Positions 8,116 to 17,897 of a DNA stretch of 64,000 nt are shown one piece after another. Where the stretch lies: positions 1 through 64,000 of IMG/VR virus record IMGVR_UViG_3300030390_001550; one strand, written 5' to 3'. Every line of letters starts with the position of its first letter. The stretch's first letter is position 1. The position numbers and the translations under genes are program-made. The notes beneath the pieces are model-generated. The model saw only the letters and a list, made by a program, of their open reading frames with translations, was not told the DNA's origin and ran no database searches. This DNA comes from a virus.

Positions 8116-9257
8116 TGAAAAAATTCAGTCAATTATTCGAGTCAAAAGACTTTAAACAACATATAATGTATGACCCAAAAACGGGTAAAGGTTACAAAGC
8201 AGAAAAAGAAGAAGATCATTTAAGAATGAAGAAAATGGGATATACCCATGATAAACCTTCTGTATCTGAAGAAACTCCCCTTGATAGAAAACAAGATCGT
8301 ATAGATAAGACCGCAGACTTGCGAAAAGCAAGACTTAGGCATAAAGACGAAATCAAAAAAATTCGCGAAGAACTTGATGAACTTTCTCAGATGAGACCAG
8401 GTTCTCGCATGGTCAACCGCAATACCCAAAGCAGAATGAAACAACTCCAAAAAGATTTAGATGCCATGAGAAATTCTGCCTTTGGGCAGAGTGCTGATAA
8501 GGGTGATGAAGCCTATGGTAATGAAGTAAAGAACGCAAAGAGAAAAGATTTAAGATTTAGGGGAGACAAGTTTGATGTAGTTCCTAAAAGTTATGGTTCT
8601 TTTAAGAACAATAGAAAACCAGTAATGGCAGCAAAAGAATCTGTGGAAAGCGATAACTCAGAAAACTTAACTGAAGATATGCCTCCAATGGCAGAGATTG
8701 TAATGTTGGCAACTGCCGCAAAAGTTTCAACAGATATCATGATAGGTATGCTTAAATCAGCATATCAAACTGGCAAGGGCTTGAACGCACTTGTAAAACT
8801 TGGCAATGATTTAGGCGTTAAAATCGGTAAAAAGATCAGCAAGAATTTTAAAGAGTCTGTTGAATCAGAGGAAAGCGACAACTCAGATAACCTTGATGAA
8901 GTTTTAAATATGCAGCAACGTCTTGCTCGTAGTAGAATGTTTAAAAGACATGCCAAGAGAAATGCTAGAAAAAGAGAAAAAAAATTACGCCGCAAAGCAA
9001 CCCAAGGGGATTTGTTGAAAAGGGCAGAAAAAGCAGCAAAGAAAGTTCTCATCAAAAAGTTTACAAAGGGTGCTGATAAACAAGATCAAAGTACAGCGCG
9101 TAAAATTGAAATTGAAAAAAGAATTGCTAAAATGCAGCCTAGAATTAAAGCACTGGCGAAGAAGATGTTGCCTGTTGTGAGACAAAGAGAAAAAGAGAGA
9201 TTTGGAAAAGTAAATAAAACTTCGCCAGATTCGGGGGCTGAGAAACGTGGCAGTTAA
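8115..9257 (+). CDS. Lys/Glu-rich putative internal head (poly)protein
   Basis: N-terminal MKKFSQLFE CTS-like sequence; KESVE...LxE linkers. Confidence 0.7.
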   Translation: MKKFSQLFESKDFKQHIMYDPKTGKGYKAEKEEDHLRMKKMGYTHDKPSVSEETPLDRKQDRIDKTADLRKARLRHKDEIKKIREELDELSQMRPGSRMVNRNTQSRMKQLQKDLDAMRNSAFGQSADKGDEAYGNEVKNAKRKDLRFRGDKFDVVPKSYGSFKNNRKPVMAAKESVESDNSENLTEDMPPMAEIVMLATAAKVSTDIMIGMLKSAYQTGKGLNALVKLGNDLGVKIGKKISKNFKESVESEESDNSDNLDEVLNMQQRLARSRMFKRHAKRNARKREKKLRRKATQGDLLKRAEKAAKKVLIKKFTKGADKQDQSTARKIEIEKRIAKMQPRIKALAKKMLPVVRQREKERFGKVNKTSPDSGAEKRGS

Positions 9258-10695
9258 TTTTACATCATTTAAGCAATATTTAGTAGAAGAAGAAAAGACA
9301 GTATATTTTACTTTCGGTAGAATGAATCCACCTACTGCTGGTCATGGTCTCATACTTAATGCTCTTAGTAAAAAAGCAAGTCGTAATCCTTACAGAGTTT
9401 ATGTTTCTCAAACTAATGATGATAAAAAAAATCCATTATCATACAACGAAAAAGTTAAATATTTGCGTAAGATGTTTCCTAAACAATCGCGTAGTATTAT
9501 GATGAATACATCAGTGAAAGATGCATGGAGCGCGGCAAGTGCAATGCACGATGAAGGTTTCCAAAATCTTGTTATGGTGGTAGGTAGTGATAGGGTAGAT
9601 GAGTTTGACATTCGCATTAAAAAGTATAATGGCGTTAAAGGAAAGCATGGCTTCTATAATTTTAAAACAATAAGTGTTATTAGTGCTGGGCAGCGTGATC
9701 CAGATTCTGAAGATGTTCAAGGTGCTTCTGGAACTAAACAACGTGCAGCGGCTAAAGACAATGATTTTGTATCTTTTGCACAAGGTCTACCTATAACCAT
9801 GTCGGACAAAGATGCAAAAGAATTGTTTAATGCAGTAAGAAAAGGTATGGGCCTTAAAGAAGCGAATGAGTTTCATAATCATGTCAAACTGGAAAGTGTG
9901 TCTGATATAAGAGAACAGTTTGTTGAGGGTAATATCTTTAATGTTGGTGATATGGTTATGATTACAGACATTCAAGAGCAAGCAATTATCCAAGTAAGAG
10001 GTTCAAATTATTTGATTCTTGAAAAGGAAGATGGTACAACAACTCGTAAGTGGATTACTTCAGTTGATCCTATTGAAGAAAGAGTGAATGAACTTGGAAC
10101 TGATTCATATCGTAAGGAAGCAGAAAAAAACTATATTCCTAGTAAGAAAAAAGTAAAAGAAGTAGCCCAAGACTCAGATATTAAAGATAAAGAGGGTACT
10201 CAACCAGCAAAGTATTATGCTGGAGATATGTCAAAATCCACAAAAAGTAAAAGAGATGCACATTTCAAAAAAGGTGCAGAGAAAGACGATAACGATAATA
10301 GCGCATATAAACCAGCACCTGGTGATGCTGATGCAAAAACTGAACCTTCCAAGCATACAAAAAAATTCAAGCAGATGTATGATGAAGACTGTTGGGATGG
10401 TTACAAGCAAGTTGGAATGAAAAAGAAAAAAGGTAAAGATGTTCCAAATTGTGTACCAGAAGATGTGAATGAGAATACTAAAGGTCTCAAAAACAAAGCA
10501 GAAAAATCAGGAATGCCAGTGGGTATTTTAAGAAAAGTTTATAATAGAGGTGTGGCAGCATGGCGCACAGGACATAGACCAGGAACGACTCCACAACAAT
10601 GGGGTATGGCAAGAGTAAATTCATTTGTAACTAAGTCAAGTGGTACTTGGGGCAAAGCAGACTCAGACTTAGCAGCAAAAGTAAAGGGCAAATAA
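9247..10695 (+). CDS. Cytidyltransferase/NMNAT-like nucleotidyltransferase fused to C-terminal modules (DUF5824-like)
   Basis: TFGRMNPPTAGH (HxGH-type), KNPL, VVGSDR; C-terminal VYNRGVAAW.TGHRPG..QQWGMARVNSF; FTSFKQYLVEE N-terminus. Confidence 0.85.
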   Translation: MAVNFTSFKQYLVEEEKTVYFTFGRMNPPTAGHGLILNALSKKASRNPYRVYVSQTNDDKKNPLSYNEKVKYLRKMFPKQSRSIMMNTSVKDAWSAASAMHDEGFQNLVMVVGSDRVDEFDIRIKKYNGVKGKHGFYNFKTISVISAGQRDPDSEDVQGASGTKQRAAAKDNDFVSFAQGLPITMSDKDAKELFNAVRKGMGLKEANEFHNHVKLESVSDIREQFVEGNIFNVGDMVMITDIQEQAIIQVRGSNYLILEKEDGTTTRKWITSVDPIEERVNELGTDSYRKEAEKNYIPSKKKVKEVAQDSDIKDKEGTQPAKYYAGDMSKSTKSKRDAHFKKGAEKDDNDNSAYKPAPGDADAKTEPSKHTKKFKQMYDEDCWDGYKQVGMKKKKGKDVPNCVPEDVNENTKGLKNKAEKSGMPVGILRKVYNRGVAAWRTGHRPGTTPQQWGMARVNSFVTKSSGTWGKADSDLAAKVKGK

Positions 10696-10696
10696 G

Positions 10697-12310
10697 ATGA
10701 AGAATATTTTTCAATTTATAAAAGAAAACGAAACTAGAAATGAAGATGACGTAACTCAAGAGGAATTTCTTGAGGCACTTTTAGAAATAGAAGAAGAACT
10801 TGATGCATTTGAACTTGATGAAAAGGCACCTAAAATTGATCCTGACAAATATGCAGCGCATATGAATAGAAATAAGAAGGCTGTTAAAAAAACATCTGCC
10901 TCACAAGATTACATTAAAGATGTACAAAAAAGATCAAATAAAATGGGAGAAGCAATCTCTATGAAAAATAGTATTAATCAATACTATTATCAAGACCCTA
11001 AAGGAGTTGTTCAAGCAGTAGGCAGTAAAGATGCTATGCGTAAGATGAATATCAAGCAAGCAAAAGATGGTAATAAAGGTGGCTCTTTCAGTATGAATCT
11101 TAAAAAGTATAAGGTTGGTGATCAAATTAAAGAATCTGTTGAAATTGATGAGGCATCCGAAGAAGGTAAAATTCGTGTCGTAGATTTGTCCAGTGTTCAT
11201 CCTAACAATAGAATGGGAGCAAAAGAAAAATCTGGATATCAAGTGCAACGTATGACCAAGGGTGAATTTGTAAATCAAGGAAAGCCATATAAGAAATATG
11301 CTGATGCAAAAAAAGTGCAGCAAGGTACTGGTCAACATTCTATGCAGTTTGAAGAAAAATCTGGTACAGGATATGAATTGTATCATAGAGATTTTTCAGG
11401 TGCAATGGGACATGCATATGCTCATGCAAAGAAAAAATTCGGTATTACTGTTGATTCAGATGAGATTGATGATAAAGTTGCTATGGGTCCAAGAAAACCT
11501 GGAAATGGTAAAACAAATACATATCGTTTGAAAGGTGATAAAGGTAATATTCAAGTACAAGTCTATAATAGAGGTGGATCAACACCATTTGAATTGAATA
11601 TGTATAAAGAATCTGTAATAGAAGATGCCGAAATGATTATTGAGAATGTTTCTCCAAAACAAATCGCTATGTTGAAAAAACAATACTCAAGTATGCCAGA
11701 TAGACTTCCTTTAGATCAAGCAATGAAAATGAGCAAGATGATTGCTAACTTTGATAAAGCATCTCTTATGAAAGTTGCGAAGGCTGATATTAAATGGCTA
11801 TCATCAGCAGCGAAAACAAATCTTATTTCTAAACATAGTGCCACTGCAAAAGATTTTAAAGAATCTGTTGAACTTGATGAGGCCAAAACACCAGAACTTA
11901 AAGGTAATCCTTTCAAGTATTACAAAAAACCCACAAATAAAAAAGAAGCCCAAAGTAATGTAAATTTTTGGCATTATGTTGGTATGGCAGATAATGATGA
12001 AATTGAGGATATGGGCAAAATTCCCGCTAATTATAAAAGTTATGCGAAATCAATGAAGCAAGACGCTCAGAGAGAATTGAAAAAGATGAATGAAGCCGTT
12101 GTGCTTGATGAGGCAAGTCTAATACCTCAACTACAGACTATTGTAAAAGACAAACAACATGCAAAAATAAAGGGTATGATTGTTGATACTTTTACTGCCT
12201 CTATGATCACACAAATTTATAGTAAAGTTAATGATGCTAATAAAGCAAAAATGGACAAACTTCCATTAGAAAAATTAGTAAATATTGCTCATAAAATGAT
12301 GAAAAAGTGA
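10697..12310 (+). CDS. Putative internal head polyprotein
   Basis: Modules separated by KESVEIDE, KESVELDE, EAVVLDE. Confidence 0.7.
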   Translation: MKNIFQFIKENETRNEDDVTQEEFLEALLEIEEELDAFELDEKAPKIDPDKYAAHMNRNKKAVKKTSASQDYIKDVQKRSNKMGEAISMKNSINQYYYQDPKGVVQAVGSKDAMRKMNIKQAKDGNKGGSFSMNLKKYKVGDQIKESVEIDEASEEGKIRVVDLSSVHPNNRMGAKEKSGYQVQRMTKGEFVNQGKPYKKYADAKKVQQGTGQHSMQFEEKSGTGYELYHRDFSGAMGHAYAHAKKKFGITVDSDEIDDKVAMGPRKPGNGKTNTYRLKGDKGNIQVQVYNRGGSTPFELNMYKESVIEDAEMIIENVSPKQIAMLKKQYSSMPDRLPLDQAMKMSKMIANFDKASLMKVAKADIKWLSSAAKTNLISKHSATAKDFKESVELDEAKTPELKGNPFKYYKKPTNKKEAQSNVNFWHYVGMADNDEIEDMGKIPANYKSYAKSMKQDAQRELKKMNEAVVLDEASLIPQLQTIVKDKQHAKIKGMIVDTFTASMITQIYSKVNDANKAKMDKLPLEKLVNIAHKMMKK

Positions 12311-12600
12311 TGATTAGTTTTAGTTACTTTTGCGAAGAAAAGAGCAATAAAAAATTAAATGATCCTTTCAGACTACCAACTGGTTCTAAAAAGAAGTTTG
12401 GAGTGTATGTAAAAAACGACAAAGGTAATGTTGTTAAGGTTACCTTTGGTGACCCGAATATGGAAATTAAACGAGATGATCCTAAACGCAGAGCGGCATT
12501 TAGGGCAAGGCATGGGTGCGATAAAGATCCTGGGCCGAAATGGAAAGCAAAATACTGGTCATGTTATCAATGGCGTGGAAGTGCCAAAGTGGACAATTAA
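12307..12600 (+). CDS. Conserved basic phage protein (DUF6321-like)
   Basis: KKFGVYVK..VKVTFGD...RR.AFRARH.C...YWSC; ISFSYFCEE N-terminus. Confidence 0.8.
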   Translation: MMISFSYFCEEKSNKKLNDPFRLPTGSKKKFGVYVKNDKGNVVKVTFGDPNMEIKRDDPKRRAAFRARHGCDKDPGPKWKAKYWSCYQWRGSAKVDN

Positions 12601-12630
12601 AAAATATATAAATAACAATAAATAATAGGA

Positions 12631-12924
12631 ATGTCTACTATGGCAATAGATACAACAACAGATAAGAGACTAGATCGGATAGAAGTAAAGATTGATACTT
12701 TGACTGATGCTCTTGTTACCATAGCAAGATTTGAAGAAAAGATGGATGCATATGCAAAATACCGTGATGATTCATGGGCGAGAATGAATAAGTTCTCAGA
12801 GAAATTAGATTGTATAGAAAAAAAAGTGGATGAAAATCACCACACTGTACAAATAATAAACAAACTATTTTGGGCGGCAATTGTTGCCGCCGCCAGTGCA
12901 ATAGCAGCGCAGATTTGGATGTAA
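12631..12924 (+). CDS. Coiled-coil protein with C-terminal TM (holin/XhlA-like)
   Basis: RLDRIEVKID...; C-terminal LFWAAIVAAASAIAA; late promoter at 12607. Confidence 0.65.
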   Translation: MSTMAIDTTTDKRLDRIEVKIDTLTDALVTIARFEEKMDAYAKYRDDSWARMNKFSEKLDCIEKKVDENHHTVQIINKLFWAAIVAAASAIAAQIWM

Positions 12925-12937
12925 GGAGAAAACACCA

Positions 12938-14674
12938 ATGGACCCGAATAATGAAGTAAACCAAAATATTGCCAGCGCATACTTAGAGATGTTAGCACTG
13001 GAAGAGAAGAAAAAAATTGGCAAGCATAAGATGCCAGATGGGTCTATGATGAGAGATGATGACCCCTCTATGTCAGAGAAGAAAAAAATTGGCAAGCATA
13101 AGATGCCAGATGGGTCTATGATGAGAGATGATGACCCCTCTATGTCAGAGGATAACACAAATGATAAATCTGATGATGGTGAAGGACTTGATAAAGTTCA
13201 ACCAAAAGCACTGAAAAAGAAATTTAAAGATCGTAAAGACAAAGACATTGATAATGATGGTGATGTTGATAAGTCTGACGAATATCTAGACAATCGCCGT
13301 AAAACCGTAAGTAAAGCGATTGATAAAGACGGTGAAGTAGATCAAGATAAACCAAAGGTAACTTCTTCAGACGCTGATTCTGAAAAAGATAATGATGATG
13401 ATCGTGACGAAAAAGGTTCAGTTCTTAAAAAAGATAATGATAAGAAAAAAACTACTGAACAAACAAAAGAAGATATGATCCCACTGGACCGACAGCGCGA
13501 ACTGGACCGCCGCGCAATGGTCAAAATTATTAAAACTAAAGATAATAAGTGGCAAGTACAACGGATGACTAAAGGTAAGTTTGTCAATCAAGGTAAACCA
13601 TACAAGTCACTGAAACAGGCCGAAAAAGAAAGAAGTACTGGACAGTCATCTATGCAGTTTGAAGAAAATCTCAAAGAGTTGGGATTAGAAATACTTGATA
13701 AAATGTCTGAAGCAAAAAAAACAGTGTCTCAAATGACTCCCAAAGAAAAAGAAGATGACGCTGCAAGACGTAAAGAGTATAATGCTTATCAGAAATCCAA
13801 ACGTGGTGGTACTAAAGAAGAAGGTATCATTGATCGTCTGTTAGCAGGAAAACCTAAAGGTGGTTCTAAACATTGGGTGACTAAAAAGAAAAATACCAAA
13901 GAATCTGTTGAACCCAGCCTTCTTATGAAGCGTATTCTTGATGAGAAAAGAGTAGGTGACGCTGAACAGAATATTGATACTTGGGATAAGCAAGTTTCTA
14001 ATCGCAGAGCGGATGATGTTCTTGATACAGAAATTACTGAAAAAGAATTTATGGATATGCATAATGTTGATACTCCAGAATTTGTTGATGGTCCTAAAGT
14101 TTCCAATAAAACTATGGATGCTATAAAAAATAGTGTTAAGTCAAAATCTGCAACAAGAAATAATGATAGTACTATTGGTGAGTCTGTGCAACTTGAAGGA
14201 AACAGGATTACCCTACCATTATCGCCTGAAGATAAAAAACTTGTTTCTAAAATGTATAACAAAGATGGTACACTAACTGCTATCGGTAAAAGACTTATGA
14301 ATCATGTGAAAAAAGAGTCTGTTGAACTTGAGAATGTAAATGAAGCGTTGATTGATAATTTGGGCGACGAACTGCCATACTTTATAGACCGCCGCAAAGG
14401 TGCTGAAACTGATTGGTATTCTAATATCAATCGTACAATGAAAATGCTAGAAAGTGATTTAAAAGATAGAAAAAACCTTCACCTTCGCGCCGCTCGGCCA
14501 TACAGGGACGTAAGCGGCCACCATGATGCTTCTCTTAAAGCAATCGCTGATGTTAGAAGTAAATTGAAGGATGTAGTGAAAGCATTTGACAAGGCATTTT
14601 ATGAGGCTAATGCAGTGGATAGGGAGATAATCCGCGCTGATAAAGCGGCGTCAAAAAAAGCAGTTAGGAAATAA
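12938..14674 (+). CDS. Acidic/basic putative internal head polyprotein
   Basis: DIDNDGDVDKSDEYL.NRR EF-hand-like motif; modules shared with 10697 and 14676; E-terminated linkers. Confidence 0.7.
   Translation: MDPNNEVNQNIASAYLEMLALEEKKKIGKHKMPDGSMMRDDDPSMSEKKKIGKHKMPDGSMMRDDDPSMSEDNTNDKSDDGEGLDKVQPKALKKKFKDRKDKDIDNDGDVDKSDEYLDNRRKTVSKAIDKDGEVDQDKPKVTSSDADSEKDNDDDRDEKGSVLKKDNDKKKTTEQTKEDMIPLDRQRELDRRAMVKIIKTKDNKWQVQRMTKGKFVNQGKPYKSLKQAEKERSTGQSSMQFEENLKELGLEILDKMSEAKKTVSQMTPKEKEDDAARRKEYNAYQKSKRGGTKEEGIIDRLLAGKPKGGSKHWVTKKKNTKESVEPSLLMKRILDEKRVGDAEQNIDTWDKQVSNRRADDVLDTEITEKEFMDMHNVDTPEFVDGPKVSNKTMDAIKNSVKSKSATRNNDSTIGESVQLEGNRITLPLSPEDKKLVSKMYNKDGTLTAIGKRLMNHVKKESVELENVNEALIDNLGDELPYFIDRRKGAETDWYSNINRTMKMLESDLKDRKNLHLRAARPYRDVSGHHDASLKAIADVRSKLKDVVKAFDKAFYEANAVDREIIRADKAASKKAVRK
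13003..13150 (+). repeat. Perfect 72-bp tandem duplication (EKKKIGKHKMPDGSMMRDDDPSMS x2)
   Basis: Identical units starting at 13003 and 13075. Confidence 0.95.
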
Positions 14675-14675
14675 G

Positions 14676-15206
14676 ATGGATCAACCAATTAAAGAGGAAA
14701 ATCACATGAATGAGGGAATGACACCAATGCAAAGAGCATTGGCTAAAGTTAAGGCGCAATCAAAAGATAAAGTGTCTGTGAAGAAAGCACCTTGGGACAA
14801 AGACGATGTAAAAAAAGAAGATGTTGATCTTGAGAGTGTAAATGAAATGTATATTGGACAGCAGTGGCACAAACGCCAACGCAGCAAAGATGGCATCGCT
14901 ACAGAACTAAATTGGTATGTTGATTTGCATCGTTTACTTAAAAGGTTAGAAGATGATATGCAAGATAGAAAAAAAAGGCTGGGCCAAGAGTTGGGCGGCA
15001 GTTCAAATTCGGCCTATGAGAAGGAAAATTCATTGGCGATAATAAAAGGTCACATTGATCCTACTATTAAAGCAATTGCTGATGTTAAAACGACATTGAA
15101 GCCTGTAGTGAAAGCGTGGGCAAAGGCACATAATGAAGCCAAAGATGCTGATACAGCGGTGGACATTATAATGAGAAAAACTCCAGCAGAACGCGGTCAC
15201 AAATAG
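14676..15206 (+). CDS. Putative internal head protein
   Basis: KDKVSVKKAPWD; EDVDLESVNE linker; C-module paralogous to the C-terminus of 12938. Confidence 0.7.
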   Translation: MDQPIKEENHMNEGMTPMQRALAKVKAQSKDKVSVKKAPWDKDDVKKEDVDLESVNEMYIGQQWHKRQRSKDGIATELNWYVDLHRLLKRLEDDMQDRKKRLGQELGGSSNSAYEKENSLAIIKGHIDPTIKAIADVKTTLKPVVKAWAKAHNEAKDADTAVDIIMRKTPAERGHK

Positions 15207-15228
15207 AGATAAGATTGCATAAAACATA

Positions 15229-15603
15229 ATGAAAATATTTGATGAAGTAAATGAAGATAACCTTATTATTTTTGCGGCGAGGCATTATTACAATCCAAAG
15301 TGTATTGATGTTGAAGAATTTTATGAAGATTTAAATAGGGTAAAATATGTAAAGAGATTGGTGAACAGATATACTGGAAATGAAGATAAAAAATTATCTG
15401 TTCGCTTAATCTTAAACCACATAGTGATAATATTTAATGTGTTTGGTATTGATGCAGCACTTAAAATATTAAAACTAAAACTTGATGATGAGCATTGGTC
15501 AATAATCAAACCTTTTCTCATCTTTTTAAAATATATAGAATATGATGATTTTATAGGAATTGATATGGACACAAGAGTAGTAGAAGAATTAAGGAAGATA
15601 TAA
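15229..15603 (+). CDS. Conserved T4-like hypothetical protein
   Basis: AARHYYNP.C...EF.EDL.R.KY.KRL...RLILNH family. Confidence 0.85.
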   Translation: MKIFDEVNEDNLIIFAARHYYNPKCIDVEEFYEDLNRVKYVKRLVNRYTGNEDKKLSVRLILNHIVIIFNVFGIDAALKILKLKLDDEHWSIIKPFLIFLKYIEYDDFIGIDMDTRVVEELRKI

Positions 15604-15606
15604 ACC

Positions 15607-16191
15607 ATGGGAATGATTGCAAGAGCAGGTGACCTATTATATACATTTAGATTTTTAACTCTTTTGGTTACACCTTTTGAGAGAACAAACGCTTATAAAT
15701 TTGGAATCATAGACAAAAGCGGAAAAAGAATTAAAGAAAAAGAAATTAAGACAAGTCAAGAAAAAGGTGCGTACACACATTTTCATCGTATGGTTTTTAA
15801 TATAAAAAAATTGCTTGGGAAGTTTCCTGGTGGTAAGACTACAATTGCATCCTATGCTGCTGCACTTTATTTAATAAAAGAAAAATTAGAACTAAGTGAT
15901 AAGTCAATAAAACAAATAGTAGAGAAGTGTGGTCACACGACTGATATGTTCCTAGCAGAAGAAAACACATGGTTTATGTTAGAGAATAATATTCTTGCGA
16001 GTGGTGTTTATAGAATAAAATATGATAAAGTTGTTAATAGCACTATAGAGGAAGTTGTGAGAGCAAAAGATCAAATAAGAGTATCACAAGATTGTAATCC
16101 TGTTGGTGATATATTTGGACTTCATATATACGAAGCAACCCACTTAAAAACAAACCAAAAAATATACGTTTCAGCAGAGGAATTAATGTAA
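15607..16191 (+). CDS. Conserved T4-like hypothetical (virion-associated) protein
   Basis: YTFRFL.LLVTPF....AY..GIID..G; FHR.VFNIKKL; SYAAALYLIKE. Confidence 0.85.
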   Translation: MGMIARAGDLLYTFRFLTLLVTPFERTNAYKFGIIDKSGKRIKEKEIKTSQEKGAYTHFHRMVFNIKKLLGKFPGGKTTIASYAAALYLIKEKLELSDKSIKQIVEKCGHTTDMFLAEENTWFMLENNILASGVYRIKYDKVVNSTIEEVVRAKDQIRVSQDCNPVGDIFGLHIYEATHLKTNQKIYVSAEELM

Positions 16192-16904
16192 TGAAAAGTT
16201 TTAAAAATTATCTATCAGAAGGACTTAATGATCCCGGAATTTTCAAAGCAGTTTTTCTTGCTGGTGGGCCAGGTTCAGGAAAATCATTTATTGCAACGTC
16301 AAATAGTAAAGGTCATTTAGGACTATTGGCAATGGGATTGAGAGTGTCAAATATTGATACCGCATATGAAAACTTACTAAAAAAAGCAGGTATGTCTACT
16401 ACGCCAGAAGATATTTGGTCTGATAAAGGGCAAGAAATTAGACTAAAAGCATTAGCACTTACGGATAAACAGAAAGAAATCTATATCAAAGGTAGGTTAG
16501 GTATTATTATTGATGGTACTGGTAAGGATTATGATAAAATAATGAAGCAGAAAAAAATGTTTGATAAACTAGGTTATGACACAGCAATGGTTTTTGTAAA
16601 TACAAATCTTGAGACTGCAATACAAAGAGATAAGGATAGAGATAGAACTATTGGTGTAGAAAACGTAACAAAAATGTGGAAAGGTGTTCAAGATAACTTA
16701 GGAAAATATCAAAGTGCCTTTAAAAATAATTTCATCATTGTTGATAACTCTGAAGGAAAAGATTGGAAACGTGATGCTCAAAGAGGATTTAAAGATTTAG
16801 CAAAGTTGACTAAAAAACCTGTGTCTAATGCTGCTGGTAAAAAATGGTTAAAACAGGCCGCTGCTGAAAAAGGTGCGCCAGCGCAACCAAGGAAAAGTGG
16901 ATGA
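16191..16904 (+). CDS. P-loop kinase (zeta-toxin/AAA_33/PNK-like), putative packaged protein
   Basis: LAGGPGSGKS Walker A, IIIDGTG Walker B, R...R lid; MKSFKNYLSE N-terminus. Confidence 0.85.
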   Translation: MKSFKNYLSEGLNDPGIFKAVFLAGGPGSGKSFIATSNSKGHLGLLAMGLRVSNIDTAYENLLKKAGMSTTPEDIWSDKGQEIRLKALALTDKQKEIYIKGRLGIIIDGTGKDYDKIMKQKKMFDKLGYDTAMVFVNTNLETAIQRDKDRDRTIGVENVTKMWKGVQDNLGKYQSAFKNNFIIVDNSEGKDWKRDAQRGFKDLAKLTKKPVSNAAGKKWLKQAAAEKGAPAQPRKSG

Positions 16905-17092
16905 CAAAGAATAAAATTACAGAGGAAATTGCAGCAAACAATACCGCGAATGTTGCCAGCCATATGAATTTTCCTCTGGGAAAACCTATAAATGTTACAG
17001 ATAGGCGTTATAAGAAAAAACAAAAAGAAGGTAAAACCGTACTTCTTAAAAGGTTTAGAGAATTTTCAGATGAAGTATCTAAGAGAAGATAA
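16901..17092 (+). CDS. Small hypothetical protein
   Basis: ITEEIAAN..., LKRFREF motif; coupled to neighbours. Confidence 0.6.
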   Translation: MTKNKITEEIAANNTANVASHMNFPLGKPINVTDRRYKKKQKEGKTVLLKRFREFSDEVSKRR

Positions 17093-17577
17093 TGCTTAAA
17101 CTTTATATAATGCTTTTTGTTATTGGGTTAATAAGTTCAGTTGGCCTTGCTGGTTATGTTACATGGAATAACATGCAAGCAAAAATAGAAATTCTCAAAG
17201 AAAATAATACGAAATTAGAAGTTGCGGTTGAAACACAGACCGCAACTATTTCCACTATGGAAACTAATATAAAAAGAGTTAATACAGACCTAGATACTGT
17301 AAATAAAGAGTTAAGAAGAACACGCACCAGAAATAAAGTTTTATTGAAAAAAATTCAACAACATGATATAGGAATGCTTGGAGAGGCAAAACCTGATTTA
17401 GTTGAAAGAGTTGTGAACAACGCTAGTGAAAAAGCATTAAGGTGCTTTGAAATTATATCAGGTTCAGAATTAAGTTTGAAAGAAAGGAATGCAGAAAATG
17501 GCAAAGCGTTCAATAGTGAATGTCCTTGGATTTATGATGATCTTAACATTACTGGCGGGTTGTCTGGGTCGGAATGA
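17092..17577 (+). CDS. i-spanin (Rz-like)
   Basis: N-terminal TM, coiled coil, Cys near C-terminus, overlaps a lipoprotein gene. Confidence 0.8.
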   Translation: MLKLYIMLFVIGLISSVGLAGYVTWNNMQAKIEILKENNTKLEVAVETQTATISTMETNIKRVNTDLDTVNKELRRTRTRNKVLLKKIQQHDIGMLGEAKPDLVERVVNNASEKALRCFEIISGSELSLKERNAENGKAFNSECPWIYDDLNITGGLSGSE

Positions 17578-17896
17578 TATTCCAGAACCAATAGAAATAA
17601 AAACTAAACCAATAGAGAAACCGTTATTAGTATTACCAGAAGCGGATGAGTTGGTTCAAAGAAAGGTTGAGTGGATTTTAATCACTCCAGAAAATTATGA
17701 GAAAGTATTTTCCGATATTAGTGACAAGGGAAGGCCACTTGTATTATTTGGTTTGACCGACAGAGGTTATGAGAATGTATCTTTAAATCTATCAGATATA
17801 AGAACATATATTTCTCAACAACAATCCATCATTGCAGCATATAAAAGATATTATACTGAGGCAGAAGATACAATGGATACTATTACCCCCCAATAA
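17498..17896 (+). CDS. o-spanin (Rz1-like lipoprotein)
   Basis: MAKRS...LLAGC lipobox, Pro-rich stretch, overlaps i-spanin. Confidence 0.8.
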   Translation: MAKRSIVNVLGFMMILTLLAGCLGRNDIPEPIEIKTKPIEKPLLVLPEADELVQRKVEWILITPENYEKVFSDISDKGRPLVLFGLTDRGYENVSLNLSDIRTYISQQQSIIAAYKRYYTEAEDTMDTITPQ

Positions 17897-17897
17897 A

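Noticed and set aside
8633-13910. GAATC/GAGTC sites inside KES linkers as regulatory GANTC
   Set aside because: Explained by Glu-Ser codons (GAA TCT, GAG TCT); they should be excluded from GANTC enrichment tests.
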